64,000 bases of DNA, from the NCBI GenBank assembly GCA_021613535.1, contig CP075496.1, positions 744,001 through 808,000 on the forward strand. The letters run 5' to 3'. The notes beneath the pieces are model-generated. The model saw only the letters and a program-made list of their open reading frames with translations, did no database searches and was not told the origin of the DNA. The first letter of the stretch is position 1; every line of letters begins with the position of its first letter. The DNA is from Adineta vaga. Its lineage: Eukaryota; Animalia; Rotifera. Made by a program: the position numbers and the translations under genes. Positions 36,440 to 49,310 of this stretch are shown here, piece after piece.

Positions 36440-37775
36440 GCCACTTAGGAGCTAAAATATAGAACTCACATAGTCTATTTGCATGATAGTTTGTACATAA
36501 GGGAGCTTTACCTATATAATAGGATCGTGTCTGCGATGAAGACTTATTTGTAAGAGAGGAGTGGGAATCTAAAATTTCTCGAGTTAAAATATACAATCGT
36601 TATTCTCATTTGTGTGTTGTTGTTGTTGTTTCGTTAGATGATGAATTTTATTAACAAAAAACGTATTTTTTCGATATAATCAAAACTCTTTTTCTTTCAA
36701 AAGAAAAGGATGTTCATAAAATATCTGCTAGATTGAAATATATAATAAATAGATGAAGGTATTTGAAAAATCACACAGAAAGGTTTTCTAAAGTTCTAAA
36801 AAGATTAATAAAATATTGTCAAATTAATTTGAACTCTAATCATTCGTTGTTATATCAGATTTCGAGTGACGATGATAAGGAAAATCTGCAGCTTTTGTTT
36901 CTGAATCTTCTCTTTTAAATGTTATCATTTGATCCTTGAGAAATAGTTCAGGTGGAACTTCAATTGTCATTTCCATTAAATCTTAAAAAAGAAAATTTAT
37001 TTAAAAGAAAATTTTTCTTTAAAAAAAATCTACCATTTGATTGAAGATGATCTCGTTTAGCAAATTGATTATTTGATAAATGATGTAATTGTTCTTTTTG
37101 ATAATCTTTAGTTTGTTTTAACGAAATATTACCTTTTTCAATAATAATCGTATTTCCTCGTTGTAAATAATCATTTCGTATTCCAATATGAATTTCTTTC
37201 TTATCCGAATGATCATTATAAAGATCTTCATAATTTTCTGAAACTTTTTCTTCATTGATCGAGTCAACTTTTTCTATTGTTATACTTTTCCCATCGTTCA
37301 AACTTTGTCCCGGAAATTCAATGATAATTTGTACAAATTCTAAATAGAACAGAGAGAGTTTATCAGTGAAGAACATATTTCATTTTTCTCATCTATAAGC
37401 AGGAGCTTGAAGTTATATCCTGCTTTGAAAAAGATGATTATCAAATCAGTTTAATCTGTGAACTACCAACTAGGATCCAAATGGAGTCTGCTCTTTAAAA
37501 GCAAGAAAATTCTATAAAATCGTAATTTTTGATTAACTCATACGGTTTTTATCAGATACTTGTTGACAAGAGAAGGAAATATTCTTCTAAAAATACATTC
37601 GATTTTTTATCGCTAAAAATAGTCTTGGGGGTATTAAGGTTGAAAAAGCTTTTCAGCGCGAATCTTTTAGGTCTAATATGCGGAACTCACGTACTCTATT
37701 TCCGATGATAGTAGAGTTTTGTTTATAATAGGATCGTGAGGGGGAAAAATCCAAAATTACTCGACTTAAAACTTC
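36440..37775. repeat. Two degenerate copies of a dispersed repeat (36440-36595 and 37680-37775)
   Basis: Shared GAACTCAC.TA.TCTATTT..ATGATAGT, TATAATAGGATCGTG and AAAATT.CTCGA.TTAAAA. Confidence 0.55.
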
Positions 37776-38125
37776 CACTCAAGAAAATATATGTCAGTTT
37801 TACAAAACGCATTTAATAAAGTTAAGCATACGAATATCATCAATAGTGGATTCTAATTGATGTGAATGATTAACTGATCTAGGATCTTGTTGTTGTGTAT
37901 CAATTAAACAAAATCCATGACTTTGTCGAATAAAATGTGATGGTTTTGATAAATGATACCCATCAACAAAGACTTCATCGTGTTTTTCAATTAATAATGT
38001 TTTGCCATTTTCTATGAATTCAGGAGGAATATTGATAAGAATATTGGTTGGTAATGAACCTTAAAACAAAAAAAACAGTCGTTTTTGTTAATAAGAAACT
38101 ATTTACTTTGGGTAGATGATGACAT
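36836..38125 (-). CDS. Uncharacterised protein with four copies of a ~20-aa motif, 4 exons
   Basis: The spliced product contains ILINIPPEFIENGKTLLIEK, IIIEFPGQSLNDGKSITIEK, IHIGIRNDYLQRGNTIIIEK and MTIEVPPELFLKDQMITFKR; splice phases are compatible. Confidence 0.7.
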
Positions 38126-38773
38126 ATTATTTTAGTTACGAATCTATGTGTATATCTAAATAGAAACACTAAATATATCCATTGAGAATAACAATAGTTG
38201 ATATGTTGTTATTGTTTTGACATCAAGTTGTTTCTTTTTCTTTTCGAAGAGAAATTTCGAAATCTTTCTTTGTTTATATTAAATAAAAGATTTAATTAAA
38301 CAAGAATAAATGTTGTGTTGTTTCTTGTATTACACGAATGTCTGATGATGAATTGTACAAGGTTGTATGTCTATTATGTATTGTCAGAATCAACAGTTAC
38401 CCTTATCAATCAACATTTCTTTTTTGTTTCTCGAACAAATTTTTCTGTCAAAGAGATTCTCTCACATTAATCAATATTTCAACTAAAAAGAATCCCAGTT
38501 GGAATGTATAGAAGAGAATTGTAGATGATTTCTTTTATATCAAATTTTGTTTTCGAAAATAGAATCATTATAATTTGTAGCAGACTAATGTAGAGAAACG
38601 ATCTGAACAGCAATGATGTGTAGCGTCCTCTATGGATAAGAAAAAAAATTGGTAGAGGTGTTCGTTGTTCATAAATTTTAATGTCATGTCGTTTTGCTGT
38701 GAACCAATCGAATAATCATTTTATTTCATTGATAGTTTCGCGTCAAAGTCGTGCGAAAAAAAACGTTACTTCA

Positions 38774-40131
38774 ATGTCATCATCATCAAGTTCCTCACGT
38801 CATCATCCAAATCGTCAAGATTATGAGGAAAAAGATGGTTCGAATGAAAATTTTCTTCATATAAAATTTCTTTTACCCGGAACAACAACCGGAAGTGTTA
38901 TTGGCAAAGGTGGAGAAAGAATTGCTTCGTTACAAAAAGAAACGAATACAAAAATGAAAATGTCGAAAGCTGGAGTAAATACTTTCCATTATTTTCAAAA
39001 ACAAAAAGAAAACCCTTTTTTCTTTAGGATTATTTTCCTGGAACACAAGAACGTGTTTGTCTTGTTATTGGAACCATTCCCAATGTTTTATCTGTTTATG
39101 AATTTTTATCAGAAAAAATCAAAGAAACATTTTCGGGCGATGTTCTTCGTACACGTCAAATCAAATTACTTATTCCAAATGCAACTGCTGGAGTTATTAT
39201 TGGAAAAGGTGGAACAACAATTGAAAATATAAAACAAGATACAAATGCTTCACTTACAATCACGCCGAAATCGGATATTTCAGAACGAGTTATGACAATT
39301 ACAGGTTTGATTTTGATAAAGAAAAGCGAAAAACTAAACGATTGATATTTTCATTTAGGCGATGAAAATATTCGAATAAAAGCTTTAGAAATTGTTTTAC
39401 AAAAGATCTTAGAAGATCCACATCATGATAGTATTACAAGTGTTAATTATTCAAATGAGAAAAATTTCCATCACAATTCTTTTAATCATTCATCAAATCT
39501 TAATGAATTTAATGATCGTAAGTTAAACTTTTTCTTAACCTAATTTAGTTTATGAATATAAGTTTGGTTGAGAAAAGAGTTCGACAAAGAATCAGAATTA
39601 ATTCGAATTGATCTGTATATTTGTTTAGATGGTTCAACTGGAAAAACTAATGGTTTAATGTCAATCAATCCATCTTCGTATATGTCACTTCAATTAAGTG
39701 GTTTACAACGTTTATCTCAACTAATAATAAGTGCTGGTGGAACAAATCATATCACTGTTGATTCACTTATGGTAAGCAATTTCTGTTGCTTTTTTTCCAA
39801 AGTAAAAATCTTTTTTTTTTCTTTAAGAGTTCATTAACTTCACTTGGTTTTATTGATTCACAAATTCGTGAGATTGTTCAATCGATTGGTGCATTGATTA
39901 ATTATGGATTAATCACAGTTGAAAATCCAAATCGAACAAATCTTTTTTCTCCAAATTACAATCAACAATTTTCATTTTCTCAAGTAAGAGATTTTCTTTT
40001 TCCTTTCTCTTTAAAATATTTTATTCTCTTTTCAGCGTGATCGTTCAGATAATTATTCTCGAAACAGTACTGATATGGATTACAAAAGATTTAAATCTGA
40101 TCAACAACGATCAACAAAATCTAAACGATAA
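38774..40131 (+). CDS. NOVA/pasilla-like KH-domain RNA-binding protein (two KH domains), multi-exon
   Basis: KH1 IKFLLPGTTTGSVIGKGGERIASLQKETNTKMKMSKAG-DYFPGTQERVCLVIG and KH2 QIKLLIPNATAGVIIGKGGTTI...KILEDP match NOVA1/2. Confidence 0.85.
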
Positions 40132-41335
40132 AATCAAAAAATTTGCTTTTATCTTTTGTACATTTTTCTTTGTTTGTAAACGTTAATCGTTTCTGATATT
40201 TTCTAAGAGAATATTAATTAAAAACAAATTTTGTTTTTCTTTTTTATTCATTTCAAAAACGATTATCAATCAAATAGATAGTAATTCATCTTTATAATAT
40301 CTTGTCGAATCTTTTTTCTTCTTCTTCTTCATGTCATTTAATCATAACGTGTTTTTTTCCTAATCAATCTATAAATAAAATTCAATAAATTCATTTTAAA
40401 AGTATGATGTACTTCATTAAATCAGTAGCTTTTTTCTAATCAAATTTTAACAGAAAGGAGTTGCATATTGAAATAATTCATGAAATTCTTTACTATTCTT
40501 TGATTCTGTATATATTTGATTTTGAACGATAATTATTAAAATAAGTAAATATAAAAATTTTTACCATTCTATAAGAACTATTGAAATCATCATTAGATAT
40601 TATCTGACAACAATACTACAAATTGGTTGCAGTCCATGATTAATTATCTAAATATTCTTAAGAGAAATGAGCTTAACCACTATTTATGACCAAGTTAGAT
40701 TAAGTACTGTGCTCTGAACATAATCATAGTTATTTACAATGATTAAAAACTACAGGTAATATAATATTGATTAACAAACACACGACAAATATCAAAACAA
40801 AAACATTTCTATCGTCAATGATCAAATTTTCATGAAAGTTTGAAGGATGGGTGTGGATGAGGGTGTTGGAAGACAAAGAGCAAAGTGAGATTGCACTGGA
40901 CCCCTCTATCACACTGGACACACGAAAAGCGTTCTCAGCGAGAAAGACACCGTTTGATAACAGTCTGCAAAGCATTTACAGCATATAACTTAAATGCCCA
41001 TTTAAAATAGTTGACGATACCATATGTTAGGCTACTTATGGAATTCTAACTGTAAAAATTTAGAAATTGAAGAAGAAGTTTACTAGTCGAATTGAATTAA
41101 GGATTTCTACACTACTCTTCCAATAGTATCTCGAGAGTAAGGATGTAGATTTTGTCTAAAGATTTCTCTTTATTATGGTAAAAGATTCTTTAATAAAATT
41201 TTATTTTAGCAACGTTTCTTTCAAAAGGAATTTTTTTATTAAAAACAAAGAAAATAAGTCATAAAACTCGCATGATAATGATTACTTAAAATAACGATCG
41301 TATCGGCGAATTATCCTTCATAGGAAAGAAACAGA

Positions 41336-44300
41336 TTATAGTACACGAATAATTGAATGATAAGAAACAATAGGTGAATCTTCTTCTAAATGAACAGCTG
41401 TTGCACCAACATCAACAGATTGTTCAAATTCACCACGAGCTTCCATTGCTAAACTTAATAAATACCTTGAAAAGAAAAAAAACTATTCATACAGAGAATA
41501 TTTGAATTTATTTCTTGTTACCAAGGTTGATAATTCGATGGTTGAATTGAAATAGCATCACGTGCATATTTTTCAGCTATTGAATAGTTTCCAATTTGAA
41601 TTAAAAGTTTAGTTAGTTGAATTAAAGTTGAAAAATGAAAAGGATTAATTGCTAAAGCATCATTATAATTTTGTTTTGCTAATTTAAATTGACCACGTGC
41701 ATCATTAATTAATCCACGTAAATAAAAGATTTGATGACAAAATGGATTTAATAATAAAATTTCTTTCAAACAACGTTCACTTTCATCAATTTTATCTAAT
41801 TTTATATAATATCGAACTAAAATATCGGCAAAACATGAAAAAAAGATTTTCAATGAAAAACGTTTTACCAAGATGTTCAAAGATTTGAATTAAATTAAAA
41901 TAAATTGGTTGAATCGAAAAGAAAGATGTCGATGAACGATGATTTATCAACGAATTGTTTTCATCATTAACTAAACCAGATGAAGACTGAATTCCTAATA
42001 ATAACAGGTTTTTCATTCCATCTTCAACTTTTATCATTCCTGTTGGGTTATTTTCATTTTCGATTTCCATATTTATTGAAGGATTTTGTGATCGACCGAT
42101 TGTTCGATTTCCAGCACTATAGAAATATTTCTTTCTCTCTCTTCTTTTTCTCTTTTCTCTTTACCTTGAATTTGAAATACCACGAACATGATGAATATTA
42201 TTCATTACCAATGGTTCAATTTCATTCTTCCAAACAACTAAAGCTTCTTTACAAGTAACAATGGATTGTTCACATCCATATAATTCTTCTTCGATTGATG
42301 CTTTTGTTAATAATAAACTAAACAAAATTCTTCACGTTTAAATTTCATTTTCTTCTTCTTCTGTCTTACTTGATATCAGGATATTCATTTGTTGCACGAT
42401 AGATTTGTGCATAAGCTTCAGGAATTTTCTTTTTTGCAGTTAATAGAAGTGTATGAAGATGAAGTGCATGTTTATCATCAGGTGATAATAATAAACATGT
42501 TTCAATTGATTTCAATGCTTCATTTGTCTAATGAAAAAAAGATTCGTTGTTTTCATTGATTTGAAAAAGAGAAGAAAACAAACTTGATTGAGAAAAGATA
42601 GATTTTGTGCTAGATGAAAATGTGCAATGGAATCATATGGATCAAGTTCAATACATCTATAAAAAAGCAAAAGATAGATTATAAGAAAGAAATTATGATT
42701 GCAAATAAATTTACTCTCGAAGTTCTTTGATGGCTGATTGAAATAGTTTTTGTCGATCATGATGAATTGATGATTGACGAGCTTTGAATGATTTGGCTAA
42801 TGCAAGAAGAAGTAATGAACGAGGAAGTGGTGGTGTTTGTAATTCTTTTGCTTGTTGACAATAATTGATTGCTTCATCAATCTTTTTGAAATTAACAGAA
42901 TACATGAAAAGAAAAGAAAAGAAAGAAATTTGAATTTACCAAATCAATAAATGGTGGTCGTTGTTCATGTTGATTGGATGTTTGATTTAGCATTGGTTGA
43001 ATATCTTCACTACTTGGTGGAAATGTTTTTAATACTGTTGGTAACTATAATCAAGAAAAATGAATTTATATTTCAGAATGAAATAGAAACAAACATCATA
43101 GATATCTTGAAGAATTATTTTTGAAAGTTGTAAATAAACTTGAATATTTTGTGGCTGCATTCGAAGACATTCTTTTAGAATTAAATATGCACGAAAAGAT
43201 TGACCAGATGAAATTAATGCTAAGCCATAATTATACCATGTTTGAAAATGTTCAAATGAAAATCGTAATGCTTGTTCATAGGACTTCAAGACAAAATTAA
43301 AATTATTCTTCGAAGAAAAGATTCATTTGTAAACTTACATCTGCAATTAAATGAAATGCTTGTTTACGAGAAAGAAATATCGCGAGAAGTGAAAGAATAT
43401 TATAAGCTGCTTGATGACTGCGTTCGCGTTGTGCTTCATATTCAGGTTGCCAATTGAGAACTGCTTCGTTCAAGGTTGATGATTGACCCAATAATAATAA
43501 TAATAGAATTTCTTCATCAATATCTCGGGGAACAAATAATGGTCTAAAAGATGTCTTTGTGTTTTTTTTCTAAATGAAATTTGAGGAGAAAGAGATGTTT
43601 ACTGAGAATTGTGATGATCTGGAAGAAAATGATGATGATGATGATGGTTATGGTGATGATCGTTTGAGCTAGAATTTATTATTGGGTAACTTCCTTTACA
43701 AACGCATTTAATTAATAATTCTGCATATTGTTTTAAAAATGCCTGAATAAACATTTGTTTCGTTTTTTCTCTTTTTTCAAAAAATTATACAAAACAAACT
43801 TGTTTTGTTTCTTCTGATAAATCGACCTGATCATTTTGAAAATATGAACGAAAGATATCAATAGCTGTTGATAGATTTCTAAATAGAATATAGCGAAACA
43901 TTTTCTCTATATCTTTTATAAACCGTATGAAATGACATTTCTTAGTGAACTCTATTGCATATGTTTCATGTCTCTAAATTTTCTCTTCCGATAAAACAAT
44001 TATGAAAAGATTCAATTTTATAAAAAGTATTTTATTTACGTATCGGAGACAATTAAGCGTGATAAACATTGATGAGCCGTTTCCATTAATTTTAAATATT
44101 GTGATAGATTGTATTAACAACGATACACTATTCGAATTCAAAACAAGTGCCCATGTACTGACTGATATCGAGTTTGACGGTAAAACGAATAGCGGGAAAT
44201 GCCAATCAACGTTGAATATATATTGAGTAGCAATGTCTGGTTTTTGATGAACAGATTCTAAACTTGAAATAACATAAATATAGCTTAAAATAAACCACCA

Positions 44301-44368
44301 TCAAAATTACAACCTGATTTTTTGATTAAAGTCAGTTTCGCATTATAGATGGCGTTACGATAAACGCC
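41336..44368 (-). CDS. TTC7: TTC7-like TPR protein (PI4KA complex scaffold), multi-exon; 5' end uncertain
   Basis: FVPRDIDEEILLLLL, SYEQALRFSFEHFQTWYNYGLAL, LHLHTLLLTAKK and the C-terminus LEEDSPIVSYHSIIRVL* resemble TTC7A/B. Confidence 0.8.
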
Positions 44369-45438
44369 TGTATTACAAAAATATATGCATTTAATTTCTT
44401 TTTCAAGCGTATCGATTGTTTAAATGTTTGCCGTTTTCATGATAGAAAAATGTTTCAAATAAAGAGATATGTCTGTGAGGCAGTCAAAGTTTATTGATAG
44501 ATAACAAGAACAGGATTGATTGATATTTATTCTACAAATATTACTTGTTAAACATTTTCCTATGATCGAAAAATATATAATGTTTTTATAGATGAAGAAG
44601 CGCAGTCAGAAATATATTTACAACTATATCAGGTAGTCCCCCGCGACCAGGTTCGACATGTTCCTCGAGTTTTAACTCATACCAATCTCTTGAAATCGGA
44701 CAGATCATCGTAAACATTTAAAAACTAACATTCTCCGACCAAACCGCACAGGTATAGCGTAACCTCAAAATTTAATATGCATAAATTTTTAGTTTCCTTA
44801 TTGTTCTAGCTTCTAACCACGTACGTCATTCGCTTAAGTGCTATCAAACTGATTCAAATCCAAAGAAAAGACCTCGACAGGTTTTCTTGTACATCACAGA
44901 TTATTTTCGTTTACAAATATTGAGCTTTAATAGTTTGCAAATGTCATTTTATCACTGTTCAAATAATGAATGGATGGCTACAACAACCATTGGTCACATG
45001 GTACACGATGAGCATGAAGACGAAATCTGATAATACTATACTGTAGTCGGATACTAAAAATGCTTACGGAATTGGATTGACTTTTCGATTTTTACACTAC
45101 TCATCTGAATAATTTTTACTGCTGTAATGATTTAATAATAAAAATGTTTAATCGAAATACTATGCTGTTGGAACGTCTGGGATGAAGCACTTACATTCAT
45201 ATCAGTATTAGCGTGTTTTTGTATGTACGACATACGGGTTGATGACATCATCGTTGCAAGAAAACTAATTCAAATAATCGTCTTTTTTCTCTTATCATAT
45301 ACATCTATAAACAAAAAAAAGAAAAGAAAAGGAGGTCTTTTTTTCGTAGGTCTGTTTATCTAATGATAAACATTGTTGAATAGAACTTTATTTAGAAAAC
45401 TTGTTACACAACAGAAATTGCAGTGAAATCAAAGAGAG

Positions 45439-47140
45439 ATGTGTGATCAAACTAAAATGTTAATAATAACATCAAATAAAGATCTAATTGGTGAATTATC
45501 GTCAAAAAGATCAGATGATACTCATATTATTAATTTAAATGAAAACAACAATTTTTCAGATTTCAATTTTCTCGCTCAACTTTCTGAACTTGTTTGTATT
45601 AATTTTTAGATTAAAAAACAAATCTGTATTCTTTTTCTTTTTATTCAGAATTCGAAGAATGATCAAATGTACAAACGAGTACTGGATCTTCCTCAAACAA
45701 ATAGATCAAAAATGACAAAAATGACTAAGAAATTAACTGATCTTGTTTGTGTTATTTGTGGAGATCATGCTATTGGTTTTAATTATGATGTCCTTACATG
45801 TGCTTCGTGTAAAGCTTTTTTCCGTCGAAATGCTCAGCATCAGCCAGTAAAGAAAAATCTTTTTTTTTGATTTATTAGTAATCTAATTCTGATTTTGTTT
45901 CTTCCTTCAAGGATAAACTTCGTTGTTTAACAGGAAAAAATAAATGCTACGTTGATTATAAAACTGCTCGAAAATGTCAACGATGTCGATTAGAAAAATG
46001 TCTTAATTTAGGAATGAGAAAAGATTTTATTCTCAGTGAAGAAGAAAAACAAAAACGAAAACAACGTTTAGAAGAAAATCGTTTACTTTCCAATGAATTT
46101 CAATCATCAACAAATAATATAAATTCTTCACAGTCAATTCATCAAGTAATTCATACTTTTTTTTTATTATAAAGATTACATTCATGTTAGAGAGTTAGTT
46201 GAATATTCATTCCTTCGTTTATTATCACATTTTCATTTTCAATTAGTTCTTGATTACAAAACTTCAAGTCAGAATATTTGAAAATCTATCAATAGATGAC
46301 AAATTTATAATCAATAATTAAAATCCATTTATATTTATTTAGATTTCGAGTGATATAACTGACAATGATGTCGATGAAATGGAGAGTTCTAAATGTGAAG
46401 ATCTTTCAATTGAAGATTGGTTATCAATTGAAAATATTCGATGTAATTATTCATCAATATTTTCGAATCCAAATTTAAAACGTTTTTCATTCAACACATC
46501 TGACCGTATATCAGCAATAATTTCATGGTCCGAAGTTGTGAATGAAAAAATATTAAAATTAATCAATTATTTTCGTCGAATCGATGAATTTGAACAATTA
46601 AATAATGATGATCGATTTTTATTAATTAAATATAATCTTCTTCCATTATATTTAGTACAAAGATGTTTAAATTATAATTTAGTAACGGGAACATTTTCAA
46701 CATTAAATGATGAAGAAAGAATACAACGTCAACAATTCTTTACATTATGTTATGGTACAAGTGGAATTCGTGATGGTTTTAAATCTTTAATAAGATCACT
46801 TGCGATTGTTACAGAACAAGATTTAACATTAATTGAATTAATTTTAATAGTTTTACTTTTTTCCAAAGGTTTATCAATGAATGAAAATGAACCTTTATTG
46901 AAAGATCATTTATCAGTTCATCGAGCACAATCTCATTATTTAAAATTAACTTGGAATTATTTAATATATAAACAAGGTTATTATAAAACCATTCGACAAT
47001 TTACACAATTAATAACTCAAATTACACGCATACAATCATTAATAATGCAATATGGTATTTTCTTTCGTACACAGTTTCAATCAACAGATGCATTAGAACG
47101 ATTTCCACCACTGATGCAAACTATTTTAAATATCACTTAG
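45439..47140 (+). CDS. Nuclear hormone receptor, NR1 (HR96/VDR-related) type, 4 exons
   Basis: C4 zinc fingers CVICGDHAIGFNYDVLTCASCKAFFRRNA and C..C..RKCQRCRLEKCLNLGM; LBD signature YFRRIDEFEQLNNDDRFLLIKYN; AF-2-like PPLMQTIL. Confidence 0.9.
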
Positions 47141-47572
47141 TTTTATTAACTTTGTTATTGGTTTTGAAATTTTGAAGTATCAACGATAATAAACATATAT
47201 ATATGTATTCGAGATGATTTATTCTATAAATATATTGCAGTTAATACATACAACAACACATTTCAGAGAAAGTATAAAAATAAATTTATCTCTACTGTAC
47301 GAATATGTCATGTATTTTTTTTAAATAAATTAATGCAATATCGAAGAAAAACATCAACACTATTGCTGATATATTAAGTTATTATCATGAAAGTCATATC
47401 TTGAGAAAAAACATATTTTTCTCTATTCTGTCAATCGTATTGATGACTTGATTTCTGAGTACACTTGATCATTGTTTCGCATGAATAAAAACGAAAGGAA
47501 GTGAAAATACAAGAACGACAGATGAAATTTATTTACTAAATTATTTTTCTTTCCAACTGAAAAGTATTGATC

Positions 47573-48345
47573 ATGGCGTATCGTCCACCATTTTTGCTTC
47601 AAGATCACCATATTGTTAAAATACAGTAAGATTTTGTAAAGAAAATTTATCAAATTGAATAAAATATTCATATGATTTTAGTTATTATAATACTCGTGTA
47701 TTTTCATCGGATTCAGATTTTCAAAAATTAGCTTCAAATAAAAGTCTTGGTCAATTAATCTTTTTTCTTGGTTTATGTCTAGTTGGAATAACTGGTGTTG
47801 ATTTAAGTCAAATTTCCTATACAATAACTGCAACTGAACAATCAATTTGGCCAAGTTCAGGTCGAGGTATATGGATTGGTTTATTCGTAATGGCAGTTGG
47901 TGCATTTACAATTCTTGCTGTACGTGAAGAAACACATGGAGCATTTTATATATTACTTCCATATGCAATTGTAGCAATGATTTTTTGTTTATTTGGTTTA
48001 TTAACATCAATAACTGTTCTTGAACGTTATACAAAAGATCCTGAATTATCCCAGAAAGAAAATCGAGGTAAACAAGAAGGAATACAATTTGCACTTGCCG
48101 GATTATTCATTGGAATATTTGGTTTAACTTTTCTATTTTTATCATGTCTTTCATGTATGATATGTTGGACAATACCAAATGCATGTACAAAATTTCAAGG
48201 AAGAGATCCGCAACCAATTTCATTAATAAAATCTTCACCTCCATTACACTTTTCTCTCGCATCATTAGGAACACCACGTCAACGATTAATTCTAAATAGT
48301 CCACGAACCCCGTTCTCACGACGACTTCGAGCGAATCAAGCTTAG
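47573..48345 (+). CDS. MS4A/CD20-like four-TM protein, 2 exons
   Basis: Exon 1 MAYRPPFLLQDHHIVKI splices to ~47682; GQLIFFLGLCLVGI, GRGIWIGLFVMAVGAFTILA (GIWxG motif) and two more TM helices. Confidence 0.65.
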
Positions 48346-48458
48346 ACTGTTGAAAACAATAAATTTTTCTGTAAAATTTTCTCTTCAATAGAATTATGAT
48401 TTAAAATCTATTTATTTGATTGATAGGAAAAGAAAAGAAGACATGAATTTGTATCTTA

Positions 48459-48932
48459 TTAATTACAATTTTGTAAAACTTCTTTCATTTTATCAAAACT
48501 AGGTAATAGTCCTGAATCCTCAAGTATTTCTGCATATTTGATGTGACCTTGTTTATCAATAATGAATGCACTTCGTTTTGTAACACCAGTAAAACCCAAT
48601 GAAAGTTCATCATAGAGTGAATCATATTTTCTCGCAACTTCTTTGTTAAAATCGGATAATAAATCGAATGGAAGTTGATTTTCTTCTCGAAATTTTGCTA
48701 AACAAAATGGTGAATCAACTGATATTCCAATAACAGTTGCATTTAAATCTTCATAGATGCTAATTTCATCACGAGTAGAACATACTTCTGTTGTACAAAC
48801 ACTTGTAAATGCAAATGGAAAGAATAAAATAACAACATTGGATTTCTTTATTAATTCTTTCAGAGAAATTTGTTTCAATTCAGTATTATAAAGAATAAAG
48901 TCCGGTGCTTGTTGTCCAACTTCGACTGACAT
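48459..48932 (-). CDS. Bacterial-type peroxiredoxin (AhpC/TSA; AhpE/BCP-like), intronless, copy 2
   Basis: GQQAPDF, FFPFAFTSVCTTEVC (PxxxTxxC), GISVDS, LLSDFN, KRSAFIID. Confidence 0.92.
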   Translation of the reverse strand: MSVEVGQQAPDFILYNTELKQISLKELIKKSNVVILFFPFAFTSVCTTEVCSTRDEISIYEDLNATVIGISVDSPFCLAKFREENQLPFDLLSDFNKEVARKYDSLYDELSLGFTGVTKRSAFIIDKQGHIKYAEILEDSGLLPSFDKMKEVLQNCN

Positions 48933-49310
48933 TATGAATACTAAATGAAATAAACTTTCGTCTTGTTAGAATATTTCAATATCATCTTTTCTTTTCTTTT
49001 CTTATCAGTAATAAAGTAAAAGATCAAACATAGTCATATAAACTCACATGTCTTTTCCTTTTATCATCATGATGATAAATATTCTTTAACTATTTTTAAA
49101 AAGTAATCATGATCTTAAATACTATATGTAAATGTCTATATAAATAATCCGTTTATGTATAAAAAGAATTTTCTTAATGAATGACGAAAAGTTTCTTTTA
49201 TTTGAATAAAAAGAGAAAAACTATGTTAGGATTTTTGTCAATGTAGATGAAAATGAAGGATGGTAATAATATCAAATTTAGTTGTACGTTTTAGATGATG
49301 TGTTTCATGA

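Noticed and set aside
40730-41000. GC-richer island with a short ORF (similar cases at 44630-45250 and 62528-62830)
   Set aside because: Probably TE remnants, but no convincing termini, RNA-gene structure or protein motif could be established.
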